Shown piece after piece: positions 47,627 to 57,540 of a stretch of 64,000 bases of DNA (position 1 is its first letter; every line of letters starts with the position of its first letter). The stretch comes from an uncultured Acidobacteriota bacterium (lineage in GTDB: Bacteria > Acidobacteriota > Thermoanaerobaculia > Multivoradales > JAHEKO01): positions 1 to 64,000 of the forward strand of contig CAVQNG010000005.1 in NCBI GenBank assembly GCA_963713825.1. Reading direction: 5' to 3'. The notes beneath the pieces are model-generated. The model saw nothing but the letters and a program-made list of their open reading frames with translations. It made no database searches and was not told the DNA's origin. A program made the translations under genes and the position numbers.

Positions 47627-50374
47627 TTCGGGCCTGCGAATTCGGTGGTCCAGTTCTGGACCAGGATAAAGGGTTCCTCGGTGGGCTGCTCGGCGACGCG
47701 GTTGAGCAGGAACCGTTGACCGTCGAGGGAGGCATCGAATTCCAGTCCCCAGCTACCGATGTTGCGGAGACGCGCCTGGAAGAGCGCCTGCGGCTCGCCG
47801 ACCTCGGGATGCTCCGACAAGCGGATTGGAACCGCGGTTACATGACCATCGGCAGACCAGTAGTAGAGCTCCTGGCCGTCGGATCGCCAGAGCGGCATGG
47901 TGCCGCCGTTGTCGGTGATGGGGATCTTCTCGCGCCTCTCCGGAAAGCTCTGCAGGTAGATCTCGAACCTGCCGGATTCGTTGGAGGTGTAGGCCAACCA
48001 GCGGCCATCGGGCGAGAAGCGCCCGTCCCGCTCCGAAAAGGACGTTGCGAGCCAGGGCTGAGCGGTACCATCGTCCAGGTCGTGGATCCAGAGGTCATTG
48101 ACCATCTCCGACTCGAGCGTGCGATCCCGGCGAAAGAGCAGGTAGCTCCCGTCGGGGGATACGTCGCACGGTGAGCCGTCGCCTACGACCAGGCGCGGCT
48201 CCGCGCCGCCCGAGAGGCTCTTGACGTAGATGTCGTTGCGCTCCTCGACCCGCACGTAGTAGACCTCACTGTCGTCGCGTGACCAGACGGGAAGTGTCTC
48301 GTCGACCTCGCTGTAGGTGAACCGGTTGGGTACGGCACGCGCCAGGTCGAAGACCCACAGGTCGGCGAGAGGGAGGCTCTGGTCCACGACAACCCTCCGG
48401 CCGTCGTGCGAGATGCGGGGATAGTAGAACTCGCTAGGTGGGGCCACAGTCTCTTTGAAGATCCCAGCTCGGTCGACCCACACGAGATCGGTCGTCGCCA
48501 CGGCGGCGTCACCGGGCAGGTAGGCCAGCAACCCGCTGCCGGATATCGCGAAGAAGCCGTTGACAGGCCAGTTCGCGCGCACCCGGTCGGCCACTCGGAA
48601 GATCTCGTCTCCCAGAGTCATACTCTCGACATCGAAAGTGCGGGCACGCAGGGACCCACTCTCCCAGAAGATCAGGTAGCCCGGCGCGGCGTAGGCAGCA
48701 TGCAGTCCGTTGTCGGCCGTCAGAAGGCGAACCTCTGAGGAGTCCAGCGAACCCACATAGATTCCAGTGAGCGTCTCGCCCTGATCGAGTACCGAGAACA
48801 GAAAACGACGGCCGTCTGGAAGAAAGGACGGGCGCATGTGGTAGTCGCGGAGAACACCTGGTGCGACCTCGGCGGCCTCGGTCACGGCGCCACCCGTGGA
48901 GTCGACGCGCTTGATTCCCTGGCCCCAATCTCCGGGTGCGAAGACGATCACGCCGTCCTGGTTCCAACTGCCTCCCTCGGGGACAGGCGCGTCGGCTAGA
49001 ACTTCGGGCTCGCCACCCTCGAGGTCGACTCGTTTGAGCTTCCCATTGGCGAAGAAGCCGAGAGCGCTCCCATCGGGAGACCAGAACGGGGAAGTCGCTC
49101 CTTCGGTGCCTTGTAGGATCCTGACGGTCGAGCTGTCGAGCGATCGCACCGCGAGCAACGCCGTGCCGTCCGTATCGACGGCGACAAAGGCCAGGCGGCT
49201 ACCGTCGGCCGAGAAGGCCATGGGTCCCCGCGAGGTGCTGTAGGCGAGCTCCTCTGGGGCCGGGAGTGCCGACACCAGTCGCGAGGCCACCGAGGGGTCC
49301 TCGGCCGATGGGTTTCTGAGACCGACTACCAGCGCGAAGGTTACGGCCGCCGCCGCCAAGCCCCAGGGCAGCCATCGCTGCCAGGCTGGGATCGTCTGTC
49401 CTGGCTCTGCAGTCGATTCCTCGTTTTCCGGTTCCGCCTGCGATTGACGAATCTGGATGCGGGCTTCGCCGATGTCGCGCAAGCGGTTCATCGGGTCCCG
49501 ATCGACACAGCGCACCAGCAACCTGCGAATCGAGTCGGGGGTCTCGGGTGGTAGCGCATCGAAATCGATGTCCGCGCGGACCACCGCTGCGAGAACGTCG
49601 GTTACCGAGGGGCCGGCGAAGAGCTGGCGACCGGCCAGGAGCTCGAAGAGCAGGACTCCGAAGGCCCAGATATCGCACCGCTTGTCGACCTCCTGGCCTC
49701 GGGCCTGCTCGGGAGCCATGTAGGCCGCGGTACCGAGAAGCATCCCAGGCTGGGTCATCTGGGCGGTGAGCGTCGGTGACATCGACAGTGGGGACTGGAT
49801 CGGATCTCGATCCGTTCCTGTCCCCGTTTCGAGCGCCTTGGCAAGGCCGAAGTCGAGTACCTTGACCTTGCCGCCGGGGGTGACCTTGACGTTGGCGGGC
49901 TTGAGATCCCGGTGGACGATCCCCTGACCATGGGCCTCTTCGAGAGCATCAGCCACCTGCGCCGCCATCTCGAGAGCATCGTCCATCGGCACACCTCGAG
50001 CAATGAGCTCTTGAAGAGTGTCGCCATCGACGAGCTCCATGACGAGGAAGTGGATAGAGGGTCCTGGGTCCTGGGGCTTGGGTCCTGGGGTTTTCCCCCG
50101 CCCCGTCTTTTTTGAAGCGGCCGGACCCTGTGCCGGCCGTCGCGCGTTCGAACGAGTAGATCGCAGCGATGTTCGGGTGATTGAGCGAAGCAAGGACCTT
50201 CGCTTCGCGCTCGAAGCGGGCCAGGCGCTCGGGATCGGAGGCCACTGCATCGGGCAGGACCTTGATTGCGACCTCACGCCCCAGCTTGGTGTCCTCGGCC
50301 AGGTAAACCTCACCCATGCCGCCCTCGCCGAGCTTGGCGGTGATCTTGAAATGCGCGAGGGTGGATCCGATCAT
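47623..50374 (-). CDS. Membrane Ser/Thr kinase with TolB/PD40 propeller; +1 frameshift at ~50091 inside the repeat insert
   Basis: ORFs 49949-50374 and 47623-50313 join; GGGG-TTTT-CCCCC here versus GGGG-ATT-CCCCC in the paralogue at 47340. Confidence 0.85.
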
Positions 50375-50380
50375 GGTCTG

Positions 50381-50408
50381 GTCCTGGGGCTTGGGTCCTG
50401 GGTCCTGG
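50381..50408. repeat. Intergenic 7-bp tandem repeat of the same type as the kinase loop inserts
   Basis: GTCCTGGGGCTTGGGTCCTGGGTCCTGG. Confidence 0.75.
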
Positions 50409-50506
50409 AAACGACTTTCAGCCTACAAACCTCGGAGGTCCTCCGATTTACACCGACCCCTTGCCCTCAACTGGTTGAGCGGGGCAGATTCTACTGCAAG
50501 GCGCTC

Positions 50507-52876
50507 CTAGGGCAGCCCGAGCCTCTCCAAGGCTTCGCGAATGCGATCATCGGCGATGATGTCTTCCTGCTCGCAGAAGGCCCGCGTCCAGGCGAAGAGG
50601 GTGTCGTGCTCGGCGTGGGCGCGTTCGGCCCAGCGGATTGCTTCGTCGGTGTTACCGCGGGCGATCTCGATCACGGTTCGGCCCGTCGGCGTAACATAGG
50701 TCGTCTCCGAAAGCTTGTCGAGCTTGGCGATATATCGCTCGCCCATCTCCGATTCACCGAAGTGGAAGTGCATGGCCGCGAGGATGCAGTTGAACCAAGG
50801 CACCTCCCCCCCAGTGAGCTCGTTGCCCTTCTCCATGTTGGTGATCGCCGCCTCGCGGTCCCGCCGCTTCCAGTTGATGTAGGACAGCATGTAGAAGTTG
50901 AACCAGTAGTCTGGGAACAGCTCCTGAGCCTTGCGGGCAGCGATCTCGGCTTCATCGTTGCGTCCGGCATAGAAGAGCATCAGCGAGTCATGCGCCACGA
51001 CGATCGGGTTCAGGGGGTCGAGCTCGAGGGCGGGGAGAAACGCCGCGACCATCTCTTCGTCTCGCCGCATGGTCGCCAAAATGCCGGCATGGAAGAAGTG
51101 GGACCATGCGTACTGAGGGTTCTTCTGGATTCCGAGGCGAACCTCTGCCAAGGCGTTCTCCCAGTCGAAGTCGTGCCAGGCAAGGTAGATCGCGAGACTA
51201 GGATGTGCCTCTCCCAGCTGCGGGTCGAGCTCGAGAGCTCGCTCCGCAGAGGCGCGCATTCGGGGCATGGCCTCGGCTCCCGGAAGGCTTCCGAAGATTG
51301 AGCGGTAGAGGTAGTTCTCCGCCATGACCGCGTAGGCCTGGGCGTAGTTGGGATCGAGCTCGATCGCCTCCTCGAGACACTCGTGGGCGGCGACGAGTCC
51401 GGGCTCCCAGAAATCGGTCATGTGGTGACGGGCCTTGAGGAGCAGGTGGTAGGCCTCGAGGTTGCCGGTGCTGGGGCGGATGAGTGGCCCCTCGGACTCG
51501 GCTCGAAGCTCGACGTGAAGTTGCTCGACAATGGCCTGGGCGATCTCGTCCTGGGTGTCGAAGATGTCCTTCATCTCGCCATCGAAACGCTCGGCCCACA
51601 GCTTGTAGCCATCCGCGCAGTTGACGAGCTCGGTAGTGATGCGCAGACGGTTTCCGGCGATGCGTACACTGCCCTCCAGAACGACCTCCACGTCGAGCTT
51701 CTGACCGACCTCGCGCACATCGAGCTCCTGTCCGCGGAATTGGAAGGCAGAGCTCCGAGCCGTGACCCGGAGACCAGGGAGCTTGCTCAGCGCGTTGATC
51801 AGCTCCTCCGACAAGCCGTCGCAGAAGTAGTCGTCATCCTCCTTGCCACTACGGTTGACGAACGGTAGGACCGCGATCGACCTCTCACGCAAAGCTTCTG
51901 CAATCGTGGACACCCCGGAGACCGAAGTGTCCCGAGAGCCAGAACCGGAGCTTGGCACGGGGGAGGGTGCTGTGACCGGTGATGGTGCGGAGGCAGGAGC
52001 CTCTTGGACGGTGACGCTGGTGTCTGACTCGTACTCTTTGCGGAAGCTCTCCAGCTCGTAGGCCAGATCGCTCGCCGACGAGTAGCGGCGCTGCGGGTCC
52101 TTCTCCAGGCACCGAGTGAGAATCCGCCCCAGGTGCCTGGGTAGATCGGTCCGGATCTCGACCACAGGTTGGGGAACGTCCTTCAGGATGGAAGACATCA
52201 GTGCCGGAGAGGTGTCGCCTTGAAACGGACGGTCGCCGGTGACCATCTCGAAGAACAGCACACCGAGCGAGAAGATGTCCGTGCGGGCGTCGACCCGCTT
52301 CCCCTCGACCTGTTCGGGCGACATGTAGGGGATCGTTCCGATCACCAGACCTTCCTGCGTCAGCGCCTCGGTCGGCATCTGGGTCATCTCGGGCGCCACC
52401 GGTTCCTCGGTCAGCTTCGCGAGGCCGAAGTCGAGCACCTTGACCTGGCCTTCCCGGTTCACCATGACGTTGGCGGGCTTCAGGTCTCGATGAGCGATGC
52501 CCTTGGCGTGAGCCGACGCGAGAGCCTTGGTCATGGCGATGGCCAGCTCGAAGAAGCGGCCGAGCTCGAGCCCTCCGGGAGGGATCACCTGGTTGAGCGT
52601 GTGGCCTTCGACGAGCTCCATGGTGATGAAATGGGTAGCGTTGTCTTCCTCGACCGAGTAGATCGTGACGATGTTGGGGTGGTTCAGAGCCGCGACCGCT
52701 CGTGCTTCTCGCTGGAATCGCTCCAGGCGCGTTGGATCTCCCGCCATTTCCGCTGGGAGGACCTTGATCGCAACATCCCTTCCGAGCTTCGTGTCCTCGG
52801 CCAGGTAAACCTCACCCATGCCGCCCTCGCCGAGCTTGGCGGTGATCTTGAAGTGGGAAAGGGTGGTGCCAATCAT
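50507..52876 (-). CDS. Ser/Thr kinase with TolB_N+TPR, no clear TM (likely cytoplasmic)
   Basis: Kinase motifs, S/P-rich linker, SIAVLPFVN, ALELDP repeats. Confidence 0.9.
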   Translation of the reverse strand: MIGTTLSHFKITAKLGEGGMGEVYLAEDTKLGRDVAIKVLPAEMAGDPTRLERFQREARAVAALNHPNIVTIYSVEEDNATHFITMELVEGHTLNQVIPPGGLELGRFFELAIAMTKALASAHAKGIAHRDLKPANVMVNREGQVKVLDFGLAKLTEEPVAPEMTQMPTEALTQEGLVIGTIPYMSPEQVEGKRVDARTDIFSLGVLFFEMVTGDRPFQGDTSPALMSSILKDVPQPVVEIRTDLPRHLGRILTRCLEKDPQRRYSSASDLAYELESFRKEYESDTSVTVQEAPASAPSPVTAPSPVPSSGSGSRDTSVSGVSTIAEALRERSIAVLPFVNRSGKEDDDYFCDGLSEELINALSKLPGLRVTARSSAFQFRGQELDVREVGQKLDVEVVLEGSVRIAGNRLRITTELVNCADGYKLWAERFDGEMKDIFDTQDEIAQAIVEQLHVELRAESEGPLIRPSTGNLEAYHLLLKARHHMTDFWEPGLVAAHECLEEAIELDPNYAQAYAVMAENYLYRSIFGSLPGAEAMPRMRASAERALELDPQLGEAHPSLAIYLAWHDFDWENALAEVRLGIQKNPQYAWSHFFHAGILATMRRDEEMVAAFLPALELDPLNPIVVAHDSLMLFYAGRNDEAEIAARKAQELFPDYWFNFYMLSYINWKRRDREAAITNMEKGNELTGGEVPWFNCILAAMHFHFGESEMGERYIAKLDKLSETTYVTPTGRTVIEIARGNTDEAIRWAERAHAEHDTLFAWTRAFCEQEDIIADDRIREALERLGLP

Positions 52877-52987
52877 CTCAGTCTCCCGCCAGCAGAAGTG
52901 CCGGCCGCGTCACAAGATTCGTGGCTCGTGCCAATGACGGAATGCCGGTGATTCTACACGGCATTGAGGACTTCGGTTGTTGACGAC

Positions 52988-54592
52988 TCAGGGCTTGACG
53001 GCCGACCACTGAGAAAGGTCGCCTGATTCGAATCCGTCCTCGAATACCACAGGGGGACCATCCGAGACGAAGAGAATCGAGTCTGCCACCGTCACGTTGC
53101 GGTCTGAGTCCATGGCACCCATTCTTATGGTGAGCTGGTCCTCGAGGAGAATTCCGCCAGCAGGCTTCCCTTCGGTGGAGAACACCCCGTCGCCAGCGGC
53201 CGTATCAGGGTAGGCGCCGTCGTCATGAGCGGGGAGATTGAAGTACATGGGGAGGATGTTGGAGTTGTTCTCGAGCATGCCGTCGAGCAGCTCGTCCGTG
53301 GCGGTTTCCACAACGTCTCCCAAGCCCTGGGGATCGGAGACTTGCGAGGTCAGGATCACCCGTGCAGACGGATCGTCATCGACCATGTACGACGGGTCGA
53401 ACACCATGTTGTGAATGACCGGCGCAGGTGAAACCGGAGCGGCAGGGTTCAGATCACCCACGTAAAGGCTGAGGAAGTCGTGGCGAAAGCACACCCTCGA
53501 CCCATCGTCGCTGACGACCGGGTCCCAGGTCGATGCGATGGCAATATTGTTGACGTCCCACGCGGGGAAGAGATCGAGACCGCCGGTGCCGTCGGTTCGG
53601 GTCAGCCTGCCGCCTCCTGCTTCGGTGTCGTAGTAGAACATCCGGTCGCCCAACAGGGTCATGGTGTTGCCACCGACATTGAACCCACGGGGCTCGAGCT
53701 CGGTCAGGTCGCTGCCGTCGGGGTCAATCGAGAACCAGTTGGCTCCGTTGGAGAACGCAATCGTGCTGCCGTCGCCACTGATCGCAGGGTAGTCCTCGAT
53801 TTCGTTGTTCAGGGTCAACTGGCACTGGTCACCCATGCCGCAATCCTGGCCGTCCGCCTTGGCGAAAAGGTCGGCGATGGTCACCAGGCCTCCAGGGGGG
53901 GGCTCCCAATAGCCCATGAGGGTGAAGGTCAACTGACTGCCGTCGTCGGACACGTCGAACGTGGCCACGGCCCAGCCCTTGAGCCCACCGTTGCGCAGCA
54001 CGGCCTCGTCGTCCACGATCAGCGACGGTGCACCGCCGCTGTGGTGCACTCGCCAGATATCCTGGCGATCTTCCTTGAAGAAGACGTACTGACCGTCCCA
54101 TGTTGTGCGCACAAGAGGTATGGCAACGCTGGGAGTGATGTCCGCCCAGTCATCTGCGTCCAGGATCTCGGTGATCGTTCCGCTTTCGACCTTGTAGATG
54201 CGGTGTTGATACCAAGGAGTGACGAAGAAAGCTCTCGAACCATCACGACTGATAGCGAGGTCGGCCGGCGTGATTTGCTCCGCTGCGTTTTGCGGATCGA
54301 TCGGCAGCAGGATGCTGGTGAGATTCGAGCCATCGGCATCCACCAGGTAGATCTTCTTCTCGTTGGTATCCGACTGACGGCCGTAGAAGACGACGGTGGA
54401 TCCATCCCCGCTCATGGTCGCGTCCTCGATTACCAGGTCGCTTCCAGGACCGAAGAAATCGTCGCCATCGACGATCCGGATGTAGCTCGCTCTGAACTGG
54501 ATGCCAGCGGACAGGCTGGTGGGTTCACAAAGGACTGAGGCCAACGGCGTGACTACCCAGACGCACAACACAACAAGGCGACGTGTCAACAT
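52988..54592 (-). CDS. Secreted beta-propeller protein with choice-of-anchor X-like segment and FESGD tail
   Basis: Repeated S.DG motifs, HDDG..PD..AGDGVFS, ends VFEDGFESGDLSQWS. Confidence 0.72.
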   Translation of the reverse strand: MLTRRLVVLCVWVVTPLASVLCEPTSLSAGIQFRASYIRIVDGDDFFGPGSDLVIEDATMSGDGSTVVFYGRQSDTNEKKIYLVDADGSNLTSILLPIDPQNAAEQITPADLAISRDGSRAFFVTPWYQHRIYKVESGTITEILDADDWADITPSVAIPLVRTTWDGQYVFFKEDRQDIWRVHHSGGAPSLIVDDEAVLRNGGLKGWAVATFDVSDDGSQLTFTLMGYWEPPPGGLVTIADLFAKADGQDCGMGDQCQLTLNNEIEDYPAISGDGSTIAFSNGANWFSIDPDGSDLTELEPRGFNVGGNTMTLLGDRMFYYDTEAGGGRLTRTDGTGGLDLFPAWDVNNIAIASTWDPVVSDDGSRVCFRHDFLSLYVGDLNPAAPVSPAPVIHNMVFDPSYMVDDDPSARVILTSQVSDPQGLGDVVETATDELLDGMLENNSNILPMYFNLPAHDDGAYPDTAAGDGVFSTEGKPAGGILLEDQLTIRMGAMDSDRNVTVADSILFVSDGPPVVFEDGFESGDLSQWSAVKP

Positions 54593-54703
54593 GCCACCTC
54601 CTAGAGGGGAGCCGGGCCGATACTGAGATTATGAAGATCCCTTGCCCGCGATGCAATAGCAGGAAGGGTGGAAGGGGTTGTGCCGGTTATCGATTCTCAG
54701 AAC

Positions 54704-54729
54704 GAAGCGGCCGACGCCCCTGCAGGCCG
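54704..54729. repeat. REP-like hairpin downstream of kinase stop
   Basis: GAAGCGGCCGACGCCCCTGCAGGCCG. Confidence 0.65.
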
Positions 54730-54742
54730 ATGGGCGAGTGGG

Positions 54743-57478
54743 TCATCGATTCGGGAGCTCCGCTGGCCAATTGACGACGAGATTCACCACGGTCTCGGAG
54801 TTTCGCTGCTTGTTGGACCAGACGAGGAGCCTTTCGCCATCAGGGGCCAGGGCGAAGCTGGTTCCATCGGGTCTGGGAGGCTGAATCTGAAACAGCGGCT
54901 GAAGCTTGCCCGGTTGCAGGGATTCGGAACCGAAGGCGATCTCCGCCGCCACCAGCTGACCGTTCTGCTGCGTGAAGACGATCTCGCGGCCATCCGACCG
55001 CCACTGGGGGAAGAGCCCACCCTCTTGTGACACCTGCCAGCGGCGCCCTGCCTCCGGAAAAGGGGCCACGTAGATCTCATAGCGTCCCGACTCATTGGAG
55101 GAATACGCCACCCATCGGCCGTCGGGCGAGAAGGAGCCACAGCGTTCGTCGGCTTCCGTTTGCCGGAACGGTTTCGACTCGCCTCCTGCGCCTAGGTCCA
55201 ACACCATGAGGTCCCTGCTAGTGCCGGGCAGGGTCTGGTGGACCAACAGGGACCGCTCGTCTGGCGACACGCTGCACAGGATCATGTCTTCTTCTCGATC
55301 GACCAGGAGCTCTGTGTCACCGACTCCACCGACAGCCTTGCGATTGATTACGAAACGGTTGTTGTGCAACGCGCTGAAGATTACGCTGTCGCCATTCTCC
55401 GACCAGTCCAGGCCGAAGTTCGACATCGTTTCGAACGTGAAACGGCTGCGAAGACCGGTCTCGACATCGGTTAGCCAGAGATTACTGAGGCCCCCAGGGT
55501 CGAAGATGTCGGAGATCGCCTGCCTGCCATCCGGAGACAGTGCGATGGGCCCGAAGTTGGCCGGCTCGCCGACCGTATTCAGAACGTTGCCGGTGCGGTC
55601 TCTCCATTCGAGGGGCACCTCCGGATTGAGCACCCCAGTGTTGTAGGCGAGTAACCCGGAGTCGGAAGTGGAGAAGATCCCTAGTGCGGCGCCCGAAACG
55701 GTCAGGATCCCTTCCACCAGAGGAGTCGCCTCTCCCGTCAGCTCGAGTCGATCGGGGTCGAACCGCTGCGCCATCAGGGTACTGCCGCGGCTGAAGAGCA
55801 GCCAGCCCGCCGAATACTGTGCATTCGTGGGAGTTCTCAGGACCTCTCGACTGACGGGATCTTCGAGGGAGCCCAGCATCAGAGCGCTCTCCTCTTCCGT
55901 AGGACCGCGTGCCAGGTAGAGGAAGTGGCGTCCATCAGGGAGGAAGCGTGGGTGGCGGTGGGAGTTGTGAATCCCAGCCTCGATCTCTGTAACCACCACC
56001 GGCTCGCCACCCGCTGCTGCGACCTTGTGGATCGGCGAGTCAGCCCGGGGTGCGAAGAGGATCTCCCCGTCGCGATTCCACGTACCTCCCTTGCCATTCT
56101 CTGCGGCGCACACCGTAACGGGAGGTCCGCCCACGGTGTCGATCTTCTTCAGGGTCTGATCGACGTCGGTGAAGAAGCCGAGCCATCTCGAGTCTGGCGA
56201 CCAGAATGGATAGGCGGCACTCTCTGTTTCCGGCAGAGCCTCCGCAGCCCCGGTATCGAGAGCCTGGACGTAGAGGCGCACCGTGCCGCTTTCGTCCTGA
56301 ACCGAGAATGCGAGCTTCGTACCATCCGGTGACACCGCGACAGGGCCCGGGTTCCAGGCAGACAAATAGAAGACGCCCTCTTCCGGCGGGAGGATTGCGG
56401 CTCTCAGAACCGGAGTAGGGGAGGCCGGTTCGGAGCGAGACTGCACCCAGACCGCCAACAGTGCGACGGCTGTCAAGCCGAGGAGTGCCCAGGGCAGATT
56501 TTGCTTCCAGCCGGAAACCGGGGCTGGTGCGATTGTGGTCTTGGTGGTTTCGAAGCTGGTGGGATCTTCCAGGTAGTCCTGAATCAGGATCCTGGCGTCG
56601 CCGATGGCCTGCAGTCGTTGCGTCGGCTCTTTGCGAAGGCAGTGCTGCAGAAGGTCCAGGACCTGGGCTGGCGTGTTGGCCGGCAAAAGGTCCCAGTTGG
56701 GCTCCTCTTTGAGCACCGCCGCAAGGACGTGGGAGGCTGTCTTGCCGGCGAACTGCTGGCGTCCGGTCAACATCTCGGCCATGACAACTCCGAACGCCCA
56801 GATGTCTGCCCGCCGATCCGCTGGTTCGCCCGCAGCCTGTTCGGGGCTCATGTACGCTGCAGTGCCGAGCAGCACACCTGCCTGGGTCATCTGAGCGGTG
56901 AGCGTTGGTGACATCGACAGCGGGGACTGGCTCAGATCTCGATCCGTGCCTGTTCCCGGCTCGGGGTCCAGTGCCTTGGCCAGGCCGAAGTCCAGCACCT
57001 TGACCTGGCCACTCGGAGTCACCTTGATATTGGCCGGCTTGAGATCGCGGTGAATGACGCCGATCTCGTGAGCCGCTTCCAGCGCCTGGGAGATTTGCAG
57101 CCCGATCGGCATCGCTTCATCGAGCGGGACCGACCCTCGGTCGATACGCTCCTTGAGGTCTTCGCCCTCGACGAGCTCCATGACGAGAAAGTGGACGGAG
57201 GGGCGTAGGGGCGTAGGGGCTTGGGGGCTTGCCCCCTCCCGTTGCGCTGATTCAAACGAGTAGATGGCGGCGATGTTCGGGTGGTTAAGAGAGGCGAGGA
57301 CCTTGGCCTCACGCTCGAAACGCGCCAGGCGTTCTGGGTCTGCAGCTACGGCCTCGGGTAGCACCTTGATGGCCACTTCACGCCCCAGCTTCGTGTCCTC
57401 GGCGCGGTAGACCTCACCCATGCCGCCTTCGCCCAGCTTGGCGGTGACACGGAAGTGAGAGAGGGTAGTGCCGATCAT
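54743..57478 (-). CDS. Membrane Ser/Thr kinase with TolB/PD40 beta-propeller
   Basis: Kinase motifs, TM, SPDG repeats, VVNW end; repeat inserts at 56922-56957 and 57198-57250. Confidence 0.92.
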   Translation of the reverse strand: MIGTTLSHFRVTAKLGEGGMGEVYRAEDTKLGREVAIKVLPEAVAADPERLARFEREAKVLASLNHPNIAAIYSFESAQREGASPQAPTPLRPSVHFLVMELVEGEDLKERIDRGSVPLDEAMPIGLQISQALEAAHEIGVIHRDLKPANIKVTPSGQVKVLDFGLAKALDPEPGTGTDRDLSQSPLSMSPTLTAQMTQAGVLLGTAAYMSPEQAAGEPADRRADIWAFGVVMAEMLTGRQQFAGKTASHVLAAVLKEEPNWDLLPANTPAQVLDLLQHCLRKEPTQRLQAIGDARILIQDYLEDPTSFETTKTTIAPAPVSGWKQNLPWALLGLTAVALLAVWVQSRSEPASPTPVLRAAILPPEEGVFYLSAWNPGPVAVSPDGTKLAFSVQDESGTVRLYVQALDTGAAEALPETESAAYPFWSPDSRWLGFFTDVDQTLKKIDTVGGPPVTVCAAENGKGGTWNRDGEILFAPRADSPIHKVAAAGGEPVVVTEIEAGIHNSHRHPRFLPDGRHFLYLARGPTEEESALMLGSLEDPVSREVLRTPTNAQYSAGWLLFSRGSTLMAQRFDPDRLELTGEATPLVEGILTVSGAALGIFSTSDSGLLAYNTGVLNPEVPLEWRDRTGNVLNTVGEPANFGPIALSPDGRQAISDIFDPGGLSNLWLTDVETGLRSRFTFETMSNFGLDWSENGDSVIFSALHNNRFVINRKAVGGVGDTELLVDREEDMILCSVSPDERSLLVHQTLPGTSRDLMVLDLGAGGESKPFRQTEADERCGSFSPDGRWVAYSSNESGRYEIYVAPFPEAGRRWQVSQEGGLFPQWRSDGREIVFTQQNGQLVAAEIAFGSESLQPGKLQPLFQIQPPRPDGTSFALAPDGERLLVWSNKQRNSETVVNLVVNWPAELPNR

Positions 57479-57540
57479 CGGTCGTTGCGGCCGGCACGGG
57501 GTCCGGCCGCTTCCTGTTGCTTGTGGGTGGCGCCGATCAT
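57475..57540 (-). other. 21-aa junction mini-ORF MIGATHKQQEAAGPRAGRNDR spanning a REP hairpin
   Basis: ATG overlaps upstream kinase stop and TGA overlaps downstream kinase ATG; hairpin at 57487-57513. Confidence 0.6.

Noticed and set aside
47083-50218. DGR template/variable repeat pair
   Set aside because: No reverse transcriptase in the window; the few differences show no adenine-specific pattern and the tract lies in the conserved kinase domain
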